A DNA stretch of 62,278 nucleotides, the filler included, from Chiloscyllium plagiosum (Eukaryota), in NCBI RefSeq assembly GCF_004010195.1. It is 2 parts of one record of this genome, joined end to end, with 100 filler letters (N's around TTAATTAATTAA, not from the genome) between each part and the next. Parts side by side here need not be neighbours in the genome. Positions count along the whole stretch, not along the records: positions 31,227 to 62,278 come from NC_057713.1; 1 more part is not named here. The stretch is one strand, 5' to 3'. Every line of letters starts with the position of its first letter. Position 1 is the first letter of the stretch. The notes under the pieces were generated by a model, which did not search any database, had not been told where the DNA came from, and saw only the letters and a list, made by a program, of their open reading frames with translations. Of this stretch, positions 49,425 to 62,278 are shown one piece after another. Made by a program: the position numbers and the translations under genes.

Positions 49425-50551
49425 AAAATATTTGGCAATGGTTAAGTAGTGGAGAGAAAAAATATAATGGTTGTTCTGAAGTTATTTCTAGACTCAGCAG
49501 AATGCTTTCTCACATTATGGAATTCCATCATAAACAAGAGTACATTGTATCAGTAGAGGAACTAATCCAGCCCAAACTCTACTGAAAATGGTCTCCTACC
49601 TTGTTTGTCTCTGCTTTCAATTCTGCCTACACTGAAAAATGTATTTAAACAGATCTTTGTTTAGAAAAAAATACAGGAGGACCGATTGATTAGTAGGTTA
49701 AACATCGAGTTATCTTCTAGTATGGCATCCAAACATGTTCATTGCATTCTAACCTGTTGAATAGAATGGATCTATATTCCCTAGAGTTCAGAAGAAAGGT
49801 GACCGTGGGGTGGGGGAAGGGGCTGGACTTAGATGCTGCAAGATTTTTGCTTTAACTGGAGAGTCACTCCCAGGATAAGGGATTAACTGTTGAGGACTGA
49901 GATGAGGAGGATTGTGACTCGTTGGAATTGTAGCAGAGATCTAGGGATGCTCAGTCATTGAGAATGTTCAAGATTGATATCAATAGAGCTGCCTTCTTGA
50001 ATTGCTGCTGGCCATATGGTGTAGATACAGCTACAGTGCTGTTGGGGAGACTCCAGTGACAGTGAAAGAATAGCTATTTAGTACCAAGTTAGGAAGGCTT
50101 ATGTCTTGTGTCCTGTGCTTCCAGATGGTTTGCTGTCAAAGAAGCCTTATAAAATTCCTCCAGTTTAACTTGTATCTTGTCACTTTGCATTGGTATGGAA
50201 GGAGATAACATTGAAGGTAGTGGATGGATTATCAATCAAATAGTCCTCAATAGTCTTGAATTTCTCAAGTGTTGTTGGAACTGCAGTCATCCAGGCCAGT
50301 GCAGGCTTGTGCCTTGTTGATAGGCTTTGGGGAGTCAGGAGGTAAGTTATTCACTGCAGGATTATTAGCCTGTAACTTGCTCTTTACCCACAGTATTTAT
50401 ATGGCTGGGCCTGGTCAGTTTCTAGTCAACCTGAATCCCTAAATCCAAGATAGGTTGCTGATTCATTAGTTTATTGTTTGACTAATTTGTTAAGTTCGGA
50501 AAGGGAAAAAAAACCAAATCTGACTGATTTTAACTACTTTACATTTTGCAG

Positions 50552-50924
50552 GTGTCAGAAGTAAATTTACGAAAAAATATATTACGCTACCAAGTGGCAA
50601 CAAGATATGGACACTAATGTTCAATCAGGACACTCATAACAAAACTCCACTTGTTCTGATTCATGGATTTGGAGGGGGAGTTGGACTTTGGACTTTGAAC
50701 TTTGATGCACTTAGCATACAACGCACTGTATATGCTTTTGACCTTATAGGTTTTGGTCAAAGTAGTAGGCCTCATTTCAGTACTGATTCTGTACTGGCAG
50801 AAACACAATTTGTGGAGTCTATAGAGGAATGGAGAGCTACAGTGGGAATGGAGGAAATGATTTTGTTGGGACATAATCTTGGAGCTTATTTGGCTGCATC
50901 ATACTCAATTAAATATCCACAAAG
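50552..50924 (+). CDS. ABHD5: ABHD5 coding exon 3 (373 nt)
   Basis: ttttgcag|GTGTCAGA...CCACAAAG|gtaggt; contains [28 protein letters not shown] and GHNLG (50869-50883). Asn in place of the nucleophile Ser is diagnostic of ABHD5; ABHD4 has GHSLG. Confidence 0.98.
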
Positions 50925-52194
50925 GTAGGTAGAAAACATTTTGTACAAATAACAGTTTATAATAAGGTGCAAATTTGGAGGGTTTTGTAAGCAGTTTTAG
51001 TAAATCTATAGTTACTAGTTATCACGAGCACTGGAAAAGTTGAAATAATTTCTTTGCTGATGATATTTCCGCACATGAAATGTAACTTCTGTCAAGGTGT
51101 AGGCTGTAAATTCCTGTGCAGACCCAGTTAGTGAGCCGTAGATCCTCCATCATTCGTCATCAGTACTGTTTGTATTGCGCTTTCAGTGTTTATTATTCAA
51201 ATGTATTTTTTCCAATCAATTTGTGAGGGTCAGCATCGGAGCTCCAGTGGTTGATAACCTGACAAACCTGTTGAAGAATGAGAGTCAAACAGGAACTGAA
51301 ACTCAAAATGACAACTTCCAATTATGAGGGATAGAAAAAGCACACTAAGAGTAAAAATAAAACAAACATTCAGCTGCTTTATAAAATTCAACACTAAATA
51401 ACAAAGCTGTTCTTTAGGATGAGGATAAGGTTAATTAAACATCCTGGCCAGTGGCAGCTTCAGAGGAAACCATAAGTCTGTTGTGAGAAATGAAGGACCA
51501 TACCTCATATTGTGACAGCAAATATCTAGGAAAAAATGAGACATTGACAGCAAGGAAGCAAGAATAGAAAAGTCCTTCCTTGCATGTTAACTTAAGCTTC
51601 CCATCCATATAGGAAACAAATCAATCAGAAATTTAAAGGTAAATAACCGAGAATGAGAGTTGAAGGAAGGGAACAAGGAAATTACTTACACATTAACTTT
51701 TATTAAGTACTAGACAAATAGTGTTACAAAAAGTAGTTCTGCCTATCCCTAGTAATAATTTCTTTCTCTCCTCAGTCTTCACCAAAAATTCAGCTCCCCT
51801 TCACATTCACTTCATCCCTCTCTCCCTCCCTAACCATTTTGTAGTGCTTGATTAATTGCAGTATTGATTCCTTGCTCAACCCCAACTAGCCATTAAGTCC
51901 CACATCTTAAACAGTACCAAGATCATCACCTTCTGTCTCTGCACTATTTCCAGTTTACACCCTTAAAATTAGAGGAGTCAAATTAGAAAACACTTTTCCA
52001 AACATTGATAGAAATCTGGTATCTCTCATCCCAATAGACTATATTGGAAGGGCTGTTGGAGTTTTCGAGACTGAGGTGGATTTTTGTTTGATGAAATGTC
52101 CATCACGTTCAAGAATCATACAGACGGCAGAAAGTATTGTGATCAAAACAATCCTGTTTTGGTGGAATGATTTGATGATCTCTGAACAGTGCTG

Positions 52195-52513
52195 ATTTTA
52201 TTCTTTCATGGGATGAGGGTGTCACTCACAAAATTAGCATTTGGTACCAATTCCTGATGACCCTTTAACTAAGTGGCCTATCAATTCAAAGGACAGTTAA
52301 GAATCAACCATGTTGTTGTGGGTCTGCAATCAATCGTAAGTCAGACTGGGCGAGAATGACAGAATTCCTTTTCTATATTAGCAAAACAGGTGGGTTTTTA
52401 ACCATCATCCATAATTTCCACCAGCTGCCATGGTGGGATTTAAATCCATGTCCTCAGAACATTAGTTGGGCCTCTGGATTACGAGTCTAGTGACATCACC
52501 ACTATGCCACCAT
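52195..52513 (-). mobile_element. LINE-A-derived SINE
   Basis: Reverse complement resembles 46440-46778. Confidence 0.65.
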
Positions 52514-52771
52514 CTCTGTGATTGTTGTCCAAGTTACACTACAGATAGTCAATTACAAAGTATTGATGAATGAACACCAGTGACACATCAACAAGAAATA
52601 CAAGATCAATGCTTGTAGCAGTTGGCATCCTTTCCTACTGACTGTTTGTGCAATTCTATAACATAAATGCAAGGAAGAAAGAGAAAACATGTTCTTGCTG
52701 GTTCGTCCAAATCACCATAAAGTCACTTCAATTAAAGAAAATGGTGGCATGGTTAGGAAAGCTTCGCTTGT

Positions 52772-53002
52772 AGGCAAAAGTGAGGACTGCAGATGCTGGA
52801 AATCAGAGTCTAGATTAGAGTGGTGCTGGAAAAGCACAGCAGGTCAGACAGCATCCGAGGAGCAGGAAAAATCGACCTTTCGGGCAAAAGCCCTTCATCC
52901 GGCCTTCATTCCTGTTGAAGGGCTTTTGCCCGAAACGTCGATTTTTCCTGCTCCCCGGATGCTGCCTGACCTGCTGTGCTTTTCCAGCACCACTGTAATC
53001 TA
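52772..53002. mobile_element. Palindromic mini-element of two inverted PLE termini
   Basis: tagattagagtggtgctggaaaagcacagc...gcccttcatc / gttgaagggc...gcttttccagcaccactgtaatcta. Confidence 0.9.
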
Positions 53003-53899
53003 AGCCTAGTTTATGGCTGAGGGAGCTTCTGATGAGACTGTGGATGGACTTTTAATCTAAAGTGTATTTTACACCTGCCCATATTGTTGATTTGAAAGGA
53101 GAATAAAACCTGGCAAAGCTGTAAATTCAAAAACATACCAAATCACTTTTAGTTCCTCATTGGCAGGAAAAGTTAAATTATCCCCAGATTTTAAAGACCA
53201 ATTATTTTACCATCAATAGAGCTTTCACTCACTTAATGCAGTCCCTTCTTTTGTGTTTCTCATTTTTCTCCTAGTTCTATGTTTTGTTTTATGTTAATCC
53301 CTAAATTATTACTGTATCTCCTTACAGTACTGTTTTCCTGTCTTCCGCTTTCTTTTTATCTGTTTCTCTCTGTTTTAGTGTCTTTCGCACTCCATTTCTG
53401 TTTTACTAATATATTGTTCTGTTTCTCTTTGTGCCTCACCAGCACCTCATGTTTCTCACCTTAATTTCTGCATGTTCCTCTTTTTCTCTGTCTTATGTGT
53501 CTCTCACCCCGCTTTCCTGTCTTGGATCCTGGCTGTTGAGCTCAGTTTTAGAAAGCACAACAAAGCTGAAATTTCATATTGTACTTGCATATGTTACAGG
53601 TTTGAACCTACACCTATTTATCTAGCAGTTTCTAATCATGTTTTAGTACAGTGATAAAACCTGAATTTCAAAGTTCAGCTTTGGATAAAGCTGAATTGGA
53701 AAGACCTGATGCAATTTACCTTTAACAGTTACAAAAGGCATTTATAATTTTATCAATTAAGTTTTATTTTCTTCAACTTCCTCATTGTGTCCTTTCTGTT
53801 CCTTACATTCTGCATTTGTGGGATTATTTCTTCTTAAATTTCACACTGCTACTATAGAGGCATTGAAGAGGTGCTCTGTAAGCCTCTTTTCTAACTTTG

Positions 53900-54285
53900 G
53901 ATAGCTGTAGATCAACAGGTAAATCTTGTTTGAGTCAGAAGGTCATGGACTCAAGAAGACTCCCATTCTAGAGACTTGAACACAAAATCCAGGCTGACAA
54001 TCCAGTGCAGTACTGAGGGAATGTTGCACAGTTGGAAGTGCCATCATTCATACAGGATTTTAAACCAAGGTCCTATCTGCTCTATCAGGTGATTGTAAAA
54101 TATTACATGGAATTATTTTGGATAAGCGCATAATAGTTCTCCCCATTGACCTGGGCCAATATATATCCCCAAACCACGTTACAAACGTTAACTGGTCTGT
54201 TTCTGTGTGCTAACTGACTGCTGTGTCTCCTGTGTTGTAACAGGGACAACACTTCAAAAATCAACTCAGTGCTGTAAACTGCTTT
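53900..54285 (+). mobile_element. Deu-domain SINE (SacSINE1/AmnSINE1-like)
   Basis: ccaggctgacaatccagtgcagtactgaggga..taaaccaaggtcc.tctgctct.tcaggtg..ctgggccaatat. Confidence 0.75.
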
Positions 54286-54289
54286 ATTC

Positions 54290-54655
54290 TTTAACGGGAT
54301 GTAAGTGTTCCTGACCCATCCTTAATTGTCCCTGAAATTAGTGGTTTGCTAGGCCATTTCAGAGGGCAGTTAAAACTCAGCCATATTACTGTGCATCTGG
54401 AGTCACATGTGCAGGCATGAGTGGATAAGAAAGGCCAAGTTCTTTCTCTAAGGGACATTAGTGAATTAGATGGGCTTTTGTACAATCAATATTAGTTTGA
54501 TGTTACCATTACTGAGACCAGCTTTCAATTCCAGGTTTGTTAATTGAAGTGAAGTTCTACTATCTGTCAAGGTGGAACTTTAAACCCATGTTTCTAAAGC
54601 ATTTACCTGTTTTTTTAGATTGCTGATTCAGTGACAGTACTGTTCGGCCACTATC
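54290..54655 (-). mobile_element. LINE-A-derived SINE
   Basis: ctggagtcacatg, ggacattagtgaa; reverse complement of the 4146-4460 body joined to a LINE tail. Confidence 0.7.
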
Positions 54656-54786
54656 TCTTCTTGTGAAAGGCCCTCTAGAAATACAAGTCTTTAATTATGG
54701 AAATCACACCTAATAGCTTAAGTTAAGCAGATGTGAAAGTGGCTATTGTGGAGACACATAACAGTGAATGGATCTGTTTTGTTTAG

Positions 54787-54941
54787 GGTAAAGCACCTTA
54801 TTTTGGTTGAGCCATGGGGATTTCCGGAGCGACTGAACCATGGAGAACAGGAGCGACCAATGCCAATCTGGATAAAAGCCCTGGGTGCAATCCTCAGTCC
54901 CTTCAATCCATTGGCAGGCCTTCGATTGGCTGGACCCTTTG
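54787..54941 (+). CDS. ABHD5: ABHD5 coding exon 4 (155 nt)
   Basis: gtttag|GGTAAAG...CCCTTTG|gtaaga; [15 protein letters not shown]...[25 protein letters not shown]. Confidence 0.98.
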
Positions 54942-55459
54942 GTAAGAAAGCATCAATATGCAACATCCTATTTTACACCAGAAAATTCACTCTCAGCTGT
55001 ACACTAGCATTGGTGGACAATGTTACAGGAGTAATTAACAAGGATACGTGTCTGAATGCAAGAAAATGTGTTTTAACTTTCATACTGGAAGTTATTCTCA
55101 CAGAAAATGTGTAGCTACAATAAATGCCATATTCCATAATGATAAATTTGATTATAGATTTTATTCTGCTGTTTCCAGATTGTGGCTTTATTTACTTTAC
55201 AATTTAATGATTGAGAAATAGGCCCTTTAGTTCCATTGACTCCATCTGGCTCTCTTTATCATAAACTATACTCAGCCTATGTAACCTCCTTGGGAAACAT
55301 TGCATCAAAACAGCAAGAGACCATTCAGCCTCTTAGCATCTCTCTTTAATTCATGATTGATCTGTATTTCACATCTACTTACCTGCCTTTAGTCCATATC
55401 CCTATATCCCTTAATAACAAAGGTACGTCAGTGGTGAAATATTTCTTAATTTATCACAG

Positions 55460-55574
55460 GTCCAATTCTGGTTCAGCGGTTAAGGCCAGACTTCAAACAA
55501 AAATTCTCCTCAGTTTGTGAAGATGAAAGTACTGTCACCGAGTATATTTATCACTGCAATGCCCAAACTCCCAG
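55460..55574 (+). CDS. ABHD5: ABHD5 coding exon 5 (115 nt)
   Basis: tatcacag|GTCCAATT...ACTCCCAG|gtaaac; [37 protein letters not shown]. Confidence 0.97.
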
Positions 55575-55649
55575 GTAAACACCAGAGTTATCTGTGCTGA
55601 TGTTTTTTTATTTTTTTTTTTCTCTAGCGTGATTGTTTCCTCAATCTTT

Positions 55650-56130
55650 ATGGCATATGTTTTGAACTGAACCATAAATTTCAGTAATGACAGTTGTGTC
55701 TATAAATTCGAAAATTTGGAATTGTTGTCCTTGAAGAAAAGAAGATTGAGAGGAGATTTGATAGAGTTGTTCAAAATCACAAGGGGTTTTGGCAGAGTAG
55801 ACCAGGAGAGACAGTATCCGTTGAGGGGACAGGGGCAGTCTAGAAGCATTTGACACTAATTTCATTAGTTAGCAAAAGACTCAATGGTGACATGAGACAA
55901 AACTTTTTATGCTGTAGGTAGTTAGGATCTGGACAGTGCCTGACAGTGTAGTGGAGGCAGATTCAGTTGTGGATTTCAGAAGACAATTAGATTATTATCC
56001 GAAGAGCAAAGAATACAGAGCTATAACTAAAGGGGGAGGGTGTAGCATTAAGTAAGTTGTCATTGCACAGAGCCAGTGGACACAACAGGCAAAATATTCT
56101 TTTGCCTGTAACTATTCTCCAATTCTATGA
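55650..56130 (+). mobile_element. Old CR1 3' fragment
   Basis: gaagattgagaggagatttgatagagttgttcaaaat (RLRGDLIE.FKI) and 3' end. Confidence 0.75.
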
Positions 56131-57454
56131 ACTGCTCTGGCAATGAGAAGTAAACCCGTTTACCAGGGTAAATTGAGTTTAAATGTAATATCAATAGATA
56201 TGAGATTGGTTTTGGTTGTGCTAACAAAATGCTAAAACCTCAATATTCAAGAAGTAAAGTAGTCAGGAATTTATGACTTGCACTGAGCTTCGTTCAGATC
56301 ATGAAAACTGCATCTTTCATTAATTATTCAATATAAGGACTCAGATACATTTTATTACTGGGAAATCGTAAAGTTGTTATAGTATAGATAAACTTTTAAA
56401 TCAGTGTTTACCAAACTATTTTCCAATCTGAAACAATTTTGACACTTGAAAGTAATGTGACCACCCCCCACCGTGGGGCATGCAATAACAGAACAGCAAT
56501 AAAACAACAGAGTAACAGTCCCATTGTACGCCTCTCCCCAACACACATACATGCACACAACGTAATCAGTTCCTAATAGGATCCAATTGAAAATTTAAAT
56601 GGAATAAGATTGTGTTTTTTCTGTAGAATAAGCTCATTCTACTTCAGTAGTGCAGCAGTATAGTTCACATTGTACGATATGACTCGGGCAGGTGGGGAGG
56701 AAGAGACTGAGAGATGTCGTAGACAAAGCCAACTGCAGACACTGCCTTTGTGTTAGTGCAGGACACACTATCAGAGGAGGGGAGCATGACACCATTTGTT
56801 GTTTCATCAACATGAATTGGGTCTTTTTGAGAGCTCATCCATATTTGCATGGTATGATTGCTTCCTCCTAGCTATATTTTTTACTCTTTCATTCACAACC
56901 CATTTCCATCAATAACCAGTTTCTTTTTGCCATGTCCTCTGCATTTAAATTCATTATTGACCAGAGTTTCCAGGGAATAGAAGATGTCCCAAGAATTTGT
57001 TGTCTTGCTGGCCATTCTCATCATAGACAACTTGCTCAAAATTTGTTGTTCTATAATTAGAATATACTGCAGTTTCTAAACAAGTCGCAATCCCTCTGAC
57101 TAACCACTCTCTAACCATTGATCAATCCCCAGTATTCATTTTGGGCTCACAAAAACAGATTGAGGAATTAAAATTGGGACACATAGGGAAAAGATTTGGA
57201 AAGCACTGGGTTAAATTTTGACAATTCTTCCATTCAGATACTATATGAATTGTTACAGCTATCACTGAATTGTTCCAACTCGGAAATGGTATAACATAAC
57301 AAGCTATTTAAATTCCTCTCAATAGTCAACACCTGATGGCTATATAAAGTTTTGCACACCTTTCAATCCACCCCAGTTGAACAGCAGTTATGTGAGAACA
57401 GAAAGAAAATTGTAGGTGTTCCCTATCAAGTTTTAATTTTTCACATGTTTTTAG

Positions 57455-57641
57455 TGGTGAAGTTGCTTTCAAGAACATGACTATACCTTATGGTTGGGCT
57501 AAACAGCCAATGCTATTGCGGATCAATCAGATACAAGAGGACATCTCCATCACAGCAATTTATGGAGCACGTTCTTGCATAGATGGCTATTCTGGAAAAC
57601 AGATCAAAGCACTAAGACCAAAATCCTCCGTCAACATAATA
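57455..57641 (+). CDS. ABHD5: ABHD5 coding exon 6 (187 nt)
   Basis: gtttttag|TGGTGAA...ATAATA|gtaagt; [20 protein letters not shown]...[10 protein letters not shown]...[10 protein letters not shown]. Confidence 0.98.
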
Positions 57642-58430
57642 GTAAGTAAAAAATTCTATATTTTGTTTCAAAATCTTCACATTCAGGTGTCAGTTTGAGA
57701 ACCCATTACGCCTGTACGCAGTTCGTCAAGAATGGAAAAATGAAGAGACCTTTGGAATTTGCTGCTAACCTCCATTTTGTGATCATTTCTGTGATAGGAG
57801 AGGGTCAGTACAAGAAGCTCCCAAGTGAAATAGATTACAGCTTTGAATGCTATATCCAGCCTGCCATACTCCTGTGTTCTTGGCAGCTAGACACCCAAAG
57901 AGTGGGAATTAAATGGGAATTTATGTCAACGTAGCTTTTTTTTAAAAAAAACTGCCCATTTGTCTTTTTTGTTTATGCTTTGCTCTGCGGAACACTGAGT
58001 AGTTTCACACTGACAGAAACAAGCCTGGAAAAATTACCATGTAGAACTTCCGTGCCGATTTAATTCATTTCTTTACAGGAAGGACTGACCTCTACACCCA
58101 ATTCTCTGATCCATTGATCTTGTCTTTCCCTTCATACTCACATACAAGGAACTGACTTCAGCTTTTCTGCTCCGAGACATGTCATGCTCACATATAAGCA
58201 ATGAACATTTGAATAAACTACTAAAATATGTTGGGATTTCATTCTTGATCTTTTTCACTAATAAAACCCCCTTTGTAGGCTAATGGAACCGTACCAGATC
58301 TCGTAATCTCTTCTAGTTTCCCTTTATTGTAACTTTGATTTCTGTCTCAACCTTCCTTTTTTTGGGGATATGAAAGCCAGTTTGTATTTGTATTTAATTT
58401 GACCAAGAAAGGTTCATTTTCTGACCTCCT

Positions 58431-58728
58431 TTAGATTAGATTAGATTCCCTACAGTGTGGAAACAGGCCCTTCGGCCCAACAAGTCCACACTAACCCTCC
58501 GAAGAGTAACCCACACAGACCCATTTACCCCTGACTAATGTACCAAACACTATGGGCAATTTAGCATGGCCAATTCACCTCACCTGCACATTTTTGGATT
58601 GTGGGAGGAAACCGGAGGAAACTCATGCAGACACGGGGAGAATGTGCAAACTCCACACAGTCATCCAAGATGGGAATTGAACCCGGGTTGGTGCTGTGAG
58701 GCAGCAGTGCTAACCACTGAGCCACCAT
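58431..58728 (-). mobile_element. HE1-type SINE
   Basis: (TAGAT)n tail and reverse-complement HE1 body and head. Confidence 0.92.
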
Positions 58729-60375
58729 GATTAAAGTGAAGTTGGGACTTAAACCAGATTAACTTTGATTTTATTCATTGGCTAGTCAAGCTTGTGAGCT
58801 TCAAGGCCTATTCTTGCTCTTATTTCTTAGGTTCTTATCTACGTTATGTACAAACATATGAAAGAAATCTGTCCTTAAAAAGATGCAGGGATCCTTTCTC
58901 AAGGCTTTTCACTTTTTGTTTAATTACCCAGGAGCTTGGGAACCTATGGTGTCTTTTTCTTTCTTCATGACAATACCTTCACCACTTCGAGTTTATTGTC
59001 AACTAATTATCATACTTTTCTCATGTAATATAATTGTTATGATTGCAATTTGGAATTCTTACATTTGTCCTGATGAGTTCAATATGAAAATCTTCGACAA
59101 TATGCCTTCCTTTTCAGTGATCAAACAAGCAATTAAGTCATTTTCTAGAAAACCCATGGGGTTAAATCAAGGCCTGAGAAGTTCAGACTAGAGAATTTGA
59201 ACAAAATAACTTTTAGAATTGGAACATGATTCTAATTAATTTCTGGAACCAAAATGTTCAAATCACCAAGGTTGCTTTACCAAATGAACAGTAATTCATT
59301 TTTTTAGTGTTATTAGTTCAAACCACATGCATATTCGAAACTTCTGATAGTCAGGTTCTAATCAGCCACCTGAGGTCAGCCTGATTGTTTGATGTTTTAC
59401 AATTTACCGTATTCTTAGATTTGTTAGACTATAATGAGGTCCTTCTTTTCTGTCACAAACATGGCAGTTTTCGTTACAAACCACTTTCCTTGAGAAGTCT
59501 TTCATACACGTCTTATCTCTAGAAAACACAACTGCCTTGATGATTTAACAATTTTAGCATCAGCTATTAGGCAGAATCATCTGTTAGTTCTAAAGGTAAT
59601 TTTGTTCTAAGACTCCGGTCTGAATTTTCGGGTGTTTTTTATCCTTGGGAGTTATCCCAGAGAACAGTGGAAGCTTGCTGTGAGCAGTCACTGCATGCTT
59701 CCTACATTATAAATCAAGAATTTCTTTATTCACTGCAGAGTGGTTTAGGACTTCATGAAGTTGTGAAAGGTATGATAGAAATGCAAATTTTTTTTAACAG
59801 AGTTAAAAAACCCACAACACCAGGTTATAGTCCAACAGGTTTATTTGGAAGCACTAGCTTATAGATAAACTGATGAAAATACTATTTAAAAATTACAAGG
59901 GAGTCAGGACACTTTTCCAGAGTCTTGGAAAGATAGGTTGATATTCCTGGAAGCAAGGAAAAATGCTACCTGCTTTTGAAAGTTATATACAAAAGCTTAG
60001 TTTGTTTCTTTCATTTTATTTATTCAAGGAGTGAGAAAAAATGTCCGTTAATATGTGACTGTATTTGTTTGCTGTTAGATCATTTGGTTTTCATATTTTG
60101 AATTAAGGCTTCTGGATTTTTTTTTTGTGGTCTGAAATATAGTCTTGTAGAGGAATTAAACTAATCCATTGTTTAAAAGCAATTAACAATGGGGCTTGTT
60201 GGCTGTTGATCAAGCATACTACAAACACTTATAAATCTCATAGGTCAGATGGATACTCTGAAAGCTTCATAAAATGTAACAACTTTGATGTAAAGTTGCA
60301 TTAAATGTCAAAACTAGAAATTGTTCAATATATGTTGTCAGCATTAACACATTTGTCATTCGTTTTGCTTTATAG

Positions 60376-60465
60376 GCAATTCGAGGTGCAGGCCATTATG
60401 TGTATGCTGATCAACCAGAAGACTTCAATCAAACAGTACTGGGAATCTGTAGTACTATAGACTAA
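60376..60465 (+). CDS. ABHD5: ABHD5 coding exon 7 (terminal, to TAA)
   Basis: gctttatag|GCAATTCGAGGT...GACTAA; AIRGAGHYVYADQPEDFNQTVLGICSTID*, HX4D motif. The 7 exons sum to 1035 nt = 344 aa + stop, with all phases consistent. Confidence 0.97.
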   Translation, partial: AIRGAGHYVYADQPEDFNQTVLGICSTID

Positions 60466-61591
60466 TAGCTGTACCGAGAATTTACTGTTGTGTACTTTAA
60501 CAATCACAACACCAAGAATCTGCATTCCTGTACGTTGCCAATCAGACAGTGCTAAGAATCTGCAGTTCTGTATATTAATCATTCAATCTTGGATTTCTAT
60601 AGCACTTCTAACTAACCTCTGCATTTCTAATTCAAAATGTAATGAATGCAAGCAAGGAAGTCAATGTAACTACATTAGTTTAGCATCAGAAGTTGCATAA
60701 TTCTTTCTGAAACTTTGAAATTCAAACTGAAACTCATGCTGATTTCTTTCATCTTTGTTGAAACATTGTTTTGAACCTATTTAGTATTATTATACCAAGT
60801 TTTAGTTTTGATTACCTCTGCCATTGCAGTATTTAATTGTGCAATATTAATTCTGATGTCTTAACTATTTAATATATTTGTACAATTTTAATGGTCTGAT
60901 TACAAAGATTTTTGCTTTGATTGAAAATGTAAAAGCTTTTAAGAGAAATTTATTAATTTAAATTTACACTTAAAATACACCTTAGACAACAGATTATTTC
61001 AAAATATGTTTTGCCCTAGTCTTCTGTTCATTTTCTCTATATTATTTGCTCGCATAAGTGAAGTCACTGCACTCCATGAACACCCTGAGGCATTTCTGAG
61101 AAATTTGATAAATTGCTGTGTCACTGAGGATCTTTTTATGTCTTAGTCGAAGATTGTGGTAACCAATTGCTGCTCAGTTCCCTCTTCCAAAGAATTCACA
61201 GCAAGAATCACATTCTATTGATACTTTGATCGGTGTCTGTAATTGGCTGTCTGTAGACACTTCTAGCACCAGTTCAACAATCAGAACTCTGCATTAAACT
61301 TCAGAAGGATTTCAGTAATGTACATCACCTCTGTTTAGAGTGAAAGATGAAGATAAAACATCTGATATCCTCAGTAACAGAATAGCACTCCTATTGCTGG
61401 AAGCTAACCTATGGTCATTGAACATTGCTTTCTGCTTTCTTTCAGTCTGATGGACTGATTGGACATTGCCTTGGCCATGGCAACAACAGGACTGCAATGA
61501 GAAACATAGGCAAAAAGTATGTTCTGTAGATTGTAAGCCAGTTATTAAATGTAATGAAAGGATTCATGCATCTGTGTGCTGCAGAGATACA

Positions 61592-61868
61592 TGTTATGGA
61601 CCAGGCCAGACCCCTCAAAACATTTCAAGGAGATAGTCCCAGACCCTAACTTTTCTAGTTGTTTTAAGCAAGTATAAAGTAGATATTCTAAGAGTAATGC
61701 AGTTGTCCCAGTTCTAAACAAAACAGAATTTATTTATAGGTTACTGAATGAAACACAAACAAAAGAGAACTGAATTTAGAATAACTTAATCTATCTAAAA
61801 AAAAAATCAACTCTTATCGCAACTGAATGATGCTGTTCCAAATATCTGCAACATCCCATAACACCCTT
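61592..61868. mobile_element. Possible LTR fragment
   Basis: Abrupt TGTTA start and TTTATT (minus-strand AATAAA); no internal coding sequence seen. Confidence 0.35.
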
Positions 61869-62278
61869 AGAGTCATAGAGATGTACAGCATGGAAACAGA
61901 CCCTTCGGTCTAACCCGTCCATGCCAACCAGATATCCCAACCCAATCTAGTCCCACCTGCCAGCACCCGGCCCATATCCCTCCAAACCCTTCCTATTCAT
62001 ATATCCATCCAAATGCCTCTTAAATGTTGCAGTTATACCAGCCTCCACCACATCCTCTGGCACCTCATTTCATACACGTACCACCCTCTGCGTGAAAACG
62101 TTGACCCTTAGGTCTCTTTTATCTTTCCCCTCTCACCCTAAACCTATGCCCTCTAGTTCTGGACTCCCCGACCTCAGGGAAAAGACTTTGTCTATTTATC
62201 CTATCCATGCCCCTCATAATTTTGTAAACATCGATAAGGTCACCCCTCAGCCTCTGACGCTCTAGGGAAAACAGCCCC
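61869..62278 (-). mobile_element. CR1/HER1 3' end, runs off the window
   Basis: Near-identical to 17839-18250. Confidence 0.93.

Noticed and set aside
50617..50928. ABHD4 or an active serine hydrolase
   Set aside because: GHNLG (no Ser), GARS and GAGH indicate ABHD5

Overview
Vertebrate genomic DNA, almost certainly from a cartilaginous fish (shark): HE1-type SINEs, CR1/HER1-type LINEs and Deu-domain SINEs dominate. Two spliced + strand genes are recognisable. MRPL13 is represented by four internal coding exons (2561-22952); its last exon was not found. ABHD5/CGI-58 is complete with 7 exons (37355-60465, 344 aa), carries the diagnostic GHNLG and HYVYAD motifs, and has a CpG/CRE/YY1 promoter patch. 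The two genes are separated by an artificial 100-bp scaffold spacer (44N-TTAATTAATTAA-44N), so their adjacency is unproven. Most ORF-track entries are retroelement debris, gap artefacts or noise. The most interesting signal is in the termini of several Penelope-like element (PLE) families. They carry minimal hammerhead-ribozyme cores (CUGANGA-stem II-GAAAC-GUC) whose helix III is a loop-less palindrome, implying dimer-dependent cleavage. These termini also occur as small foldback insertions with target-site duplications, and one short insertion starts exactly at the predicted cleavage site. Other observations: a SINE that looks like an internally deleted LINE, a 500-bp foldback that copies flanking DNA, a local duplication with a microinversion, a ~7-kb intronic minisatellite with graded unit change, and an altered PKA site in ABHD5. 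Repeat boundaries are approximate and read by eye.
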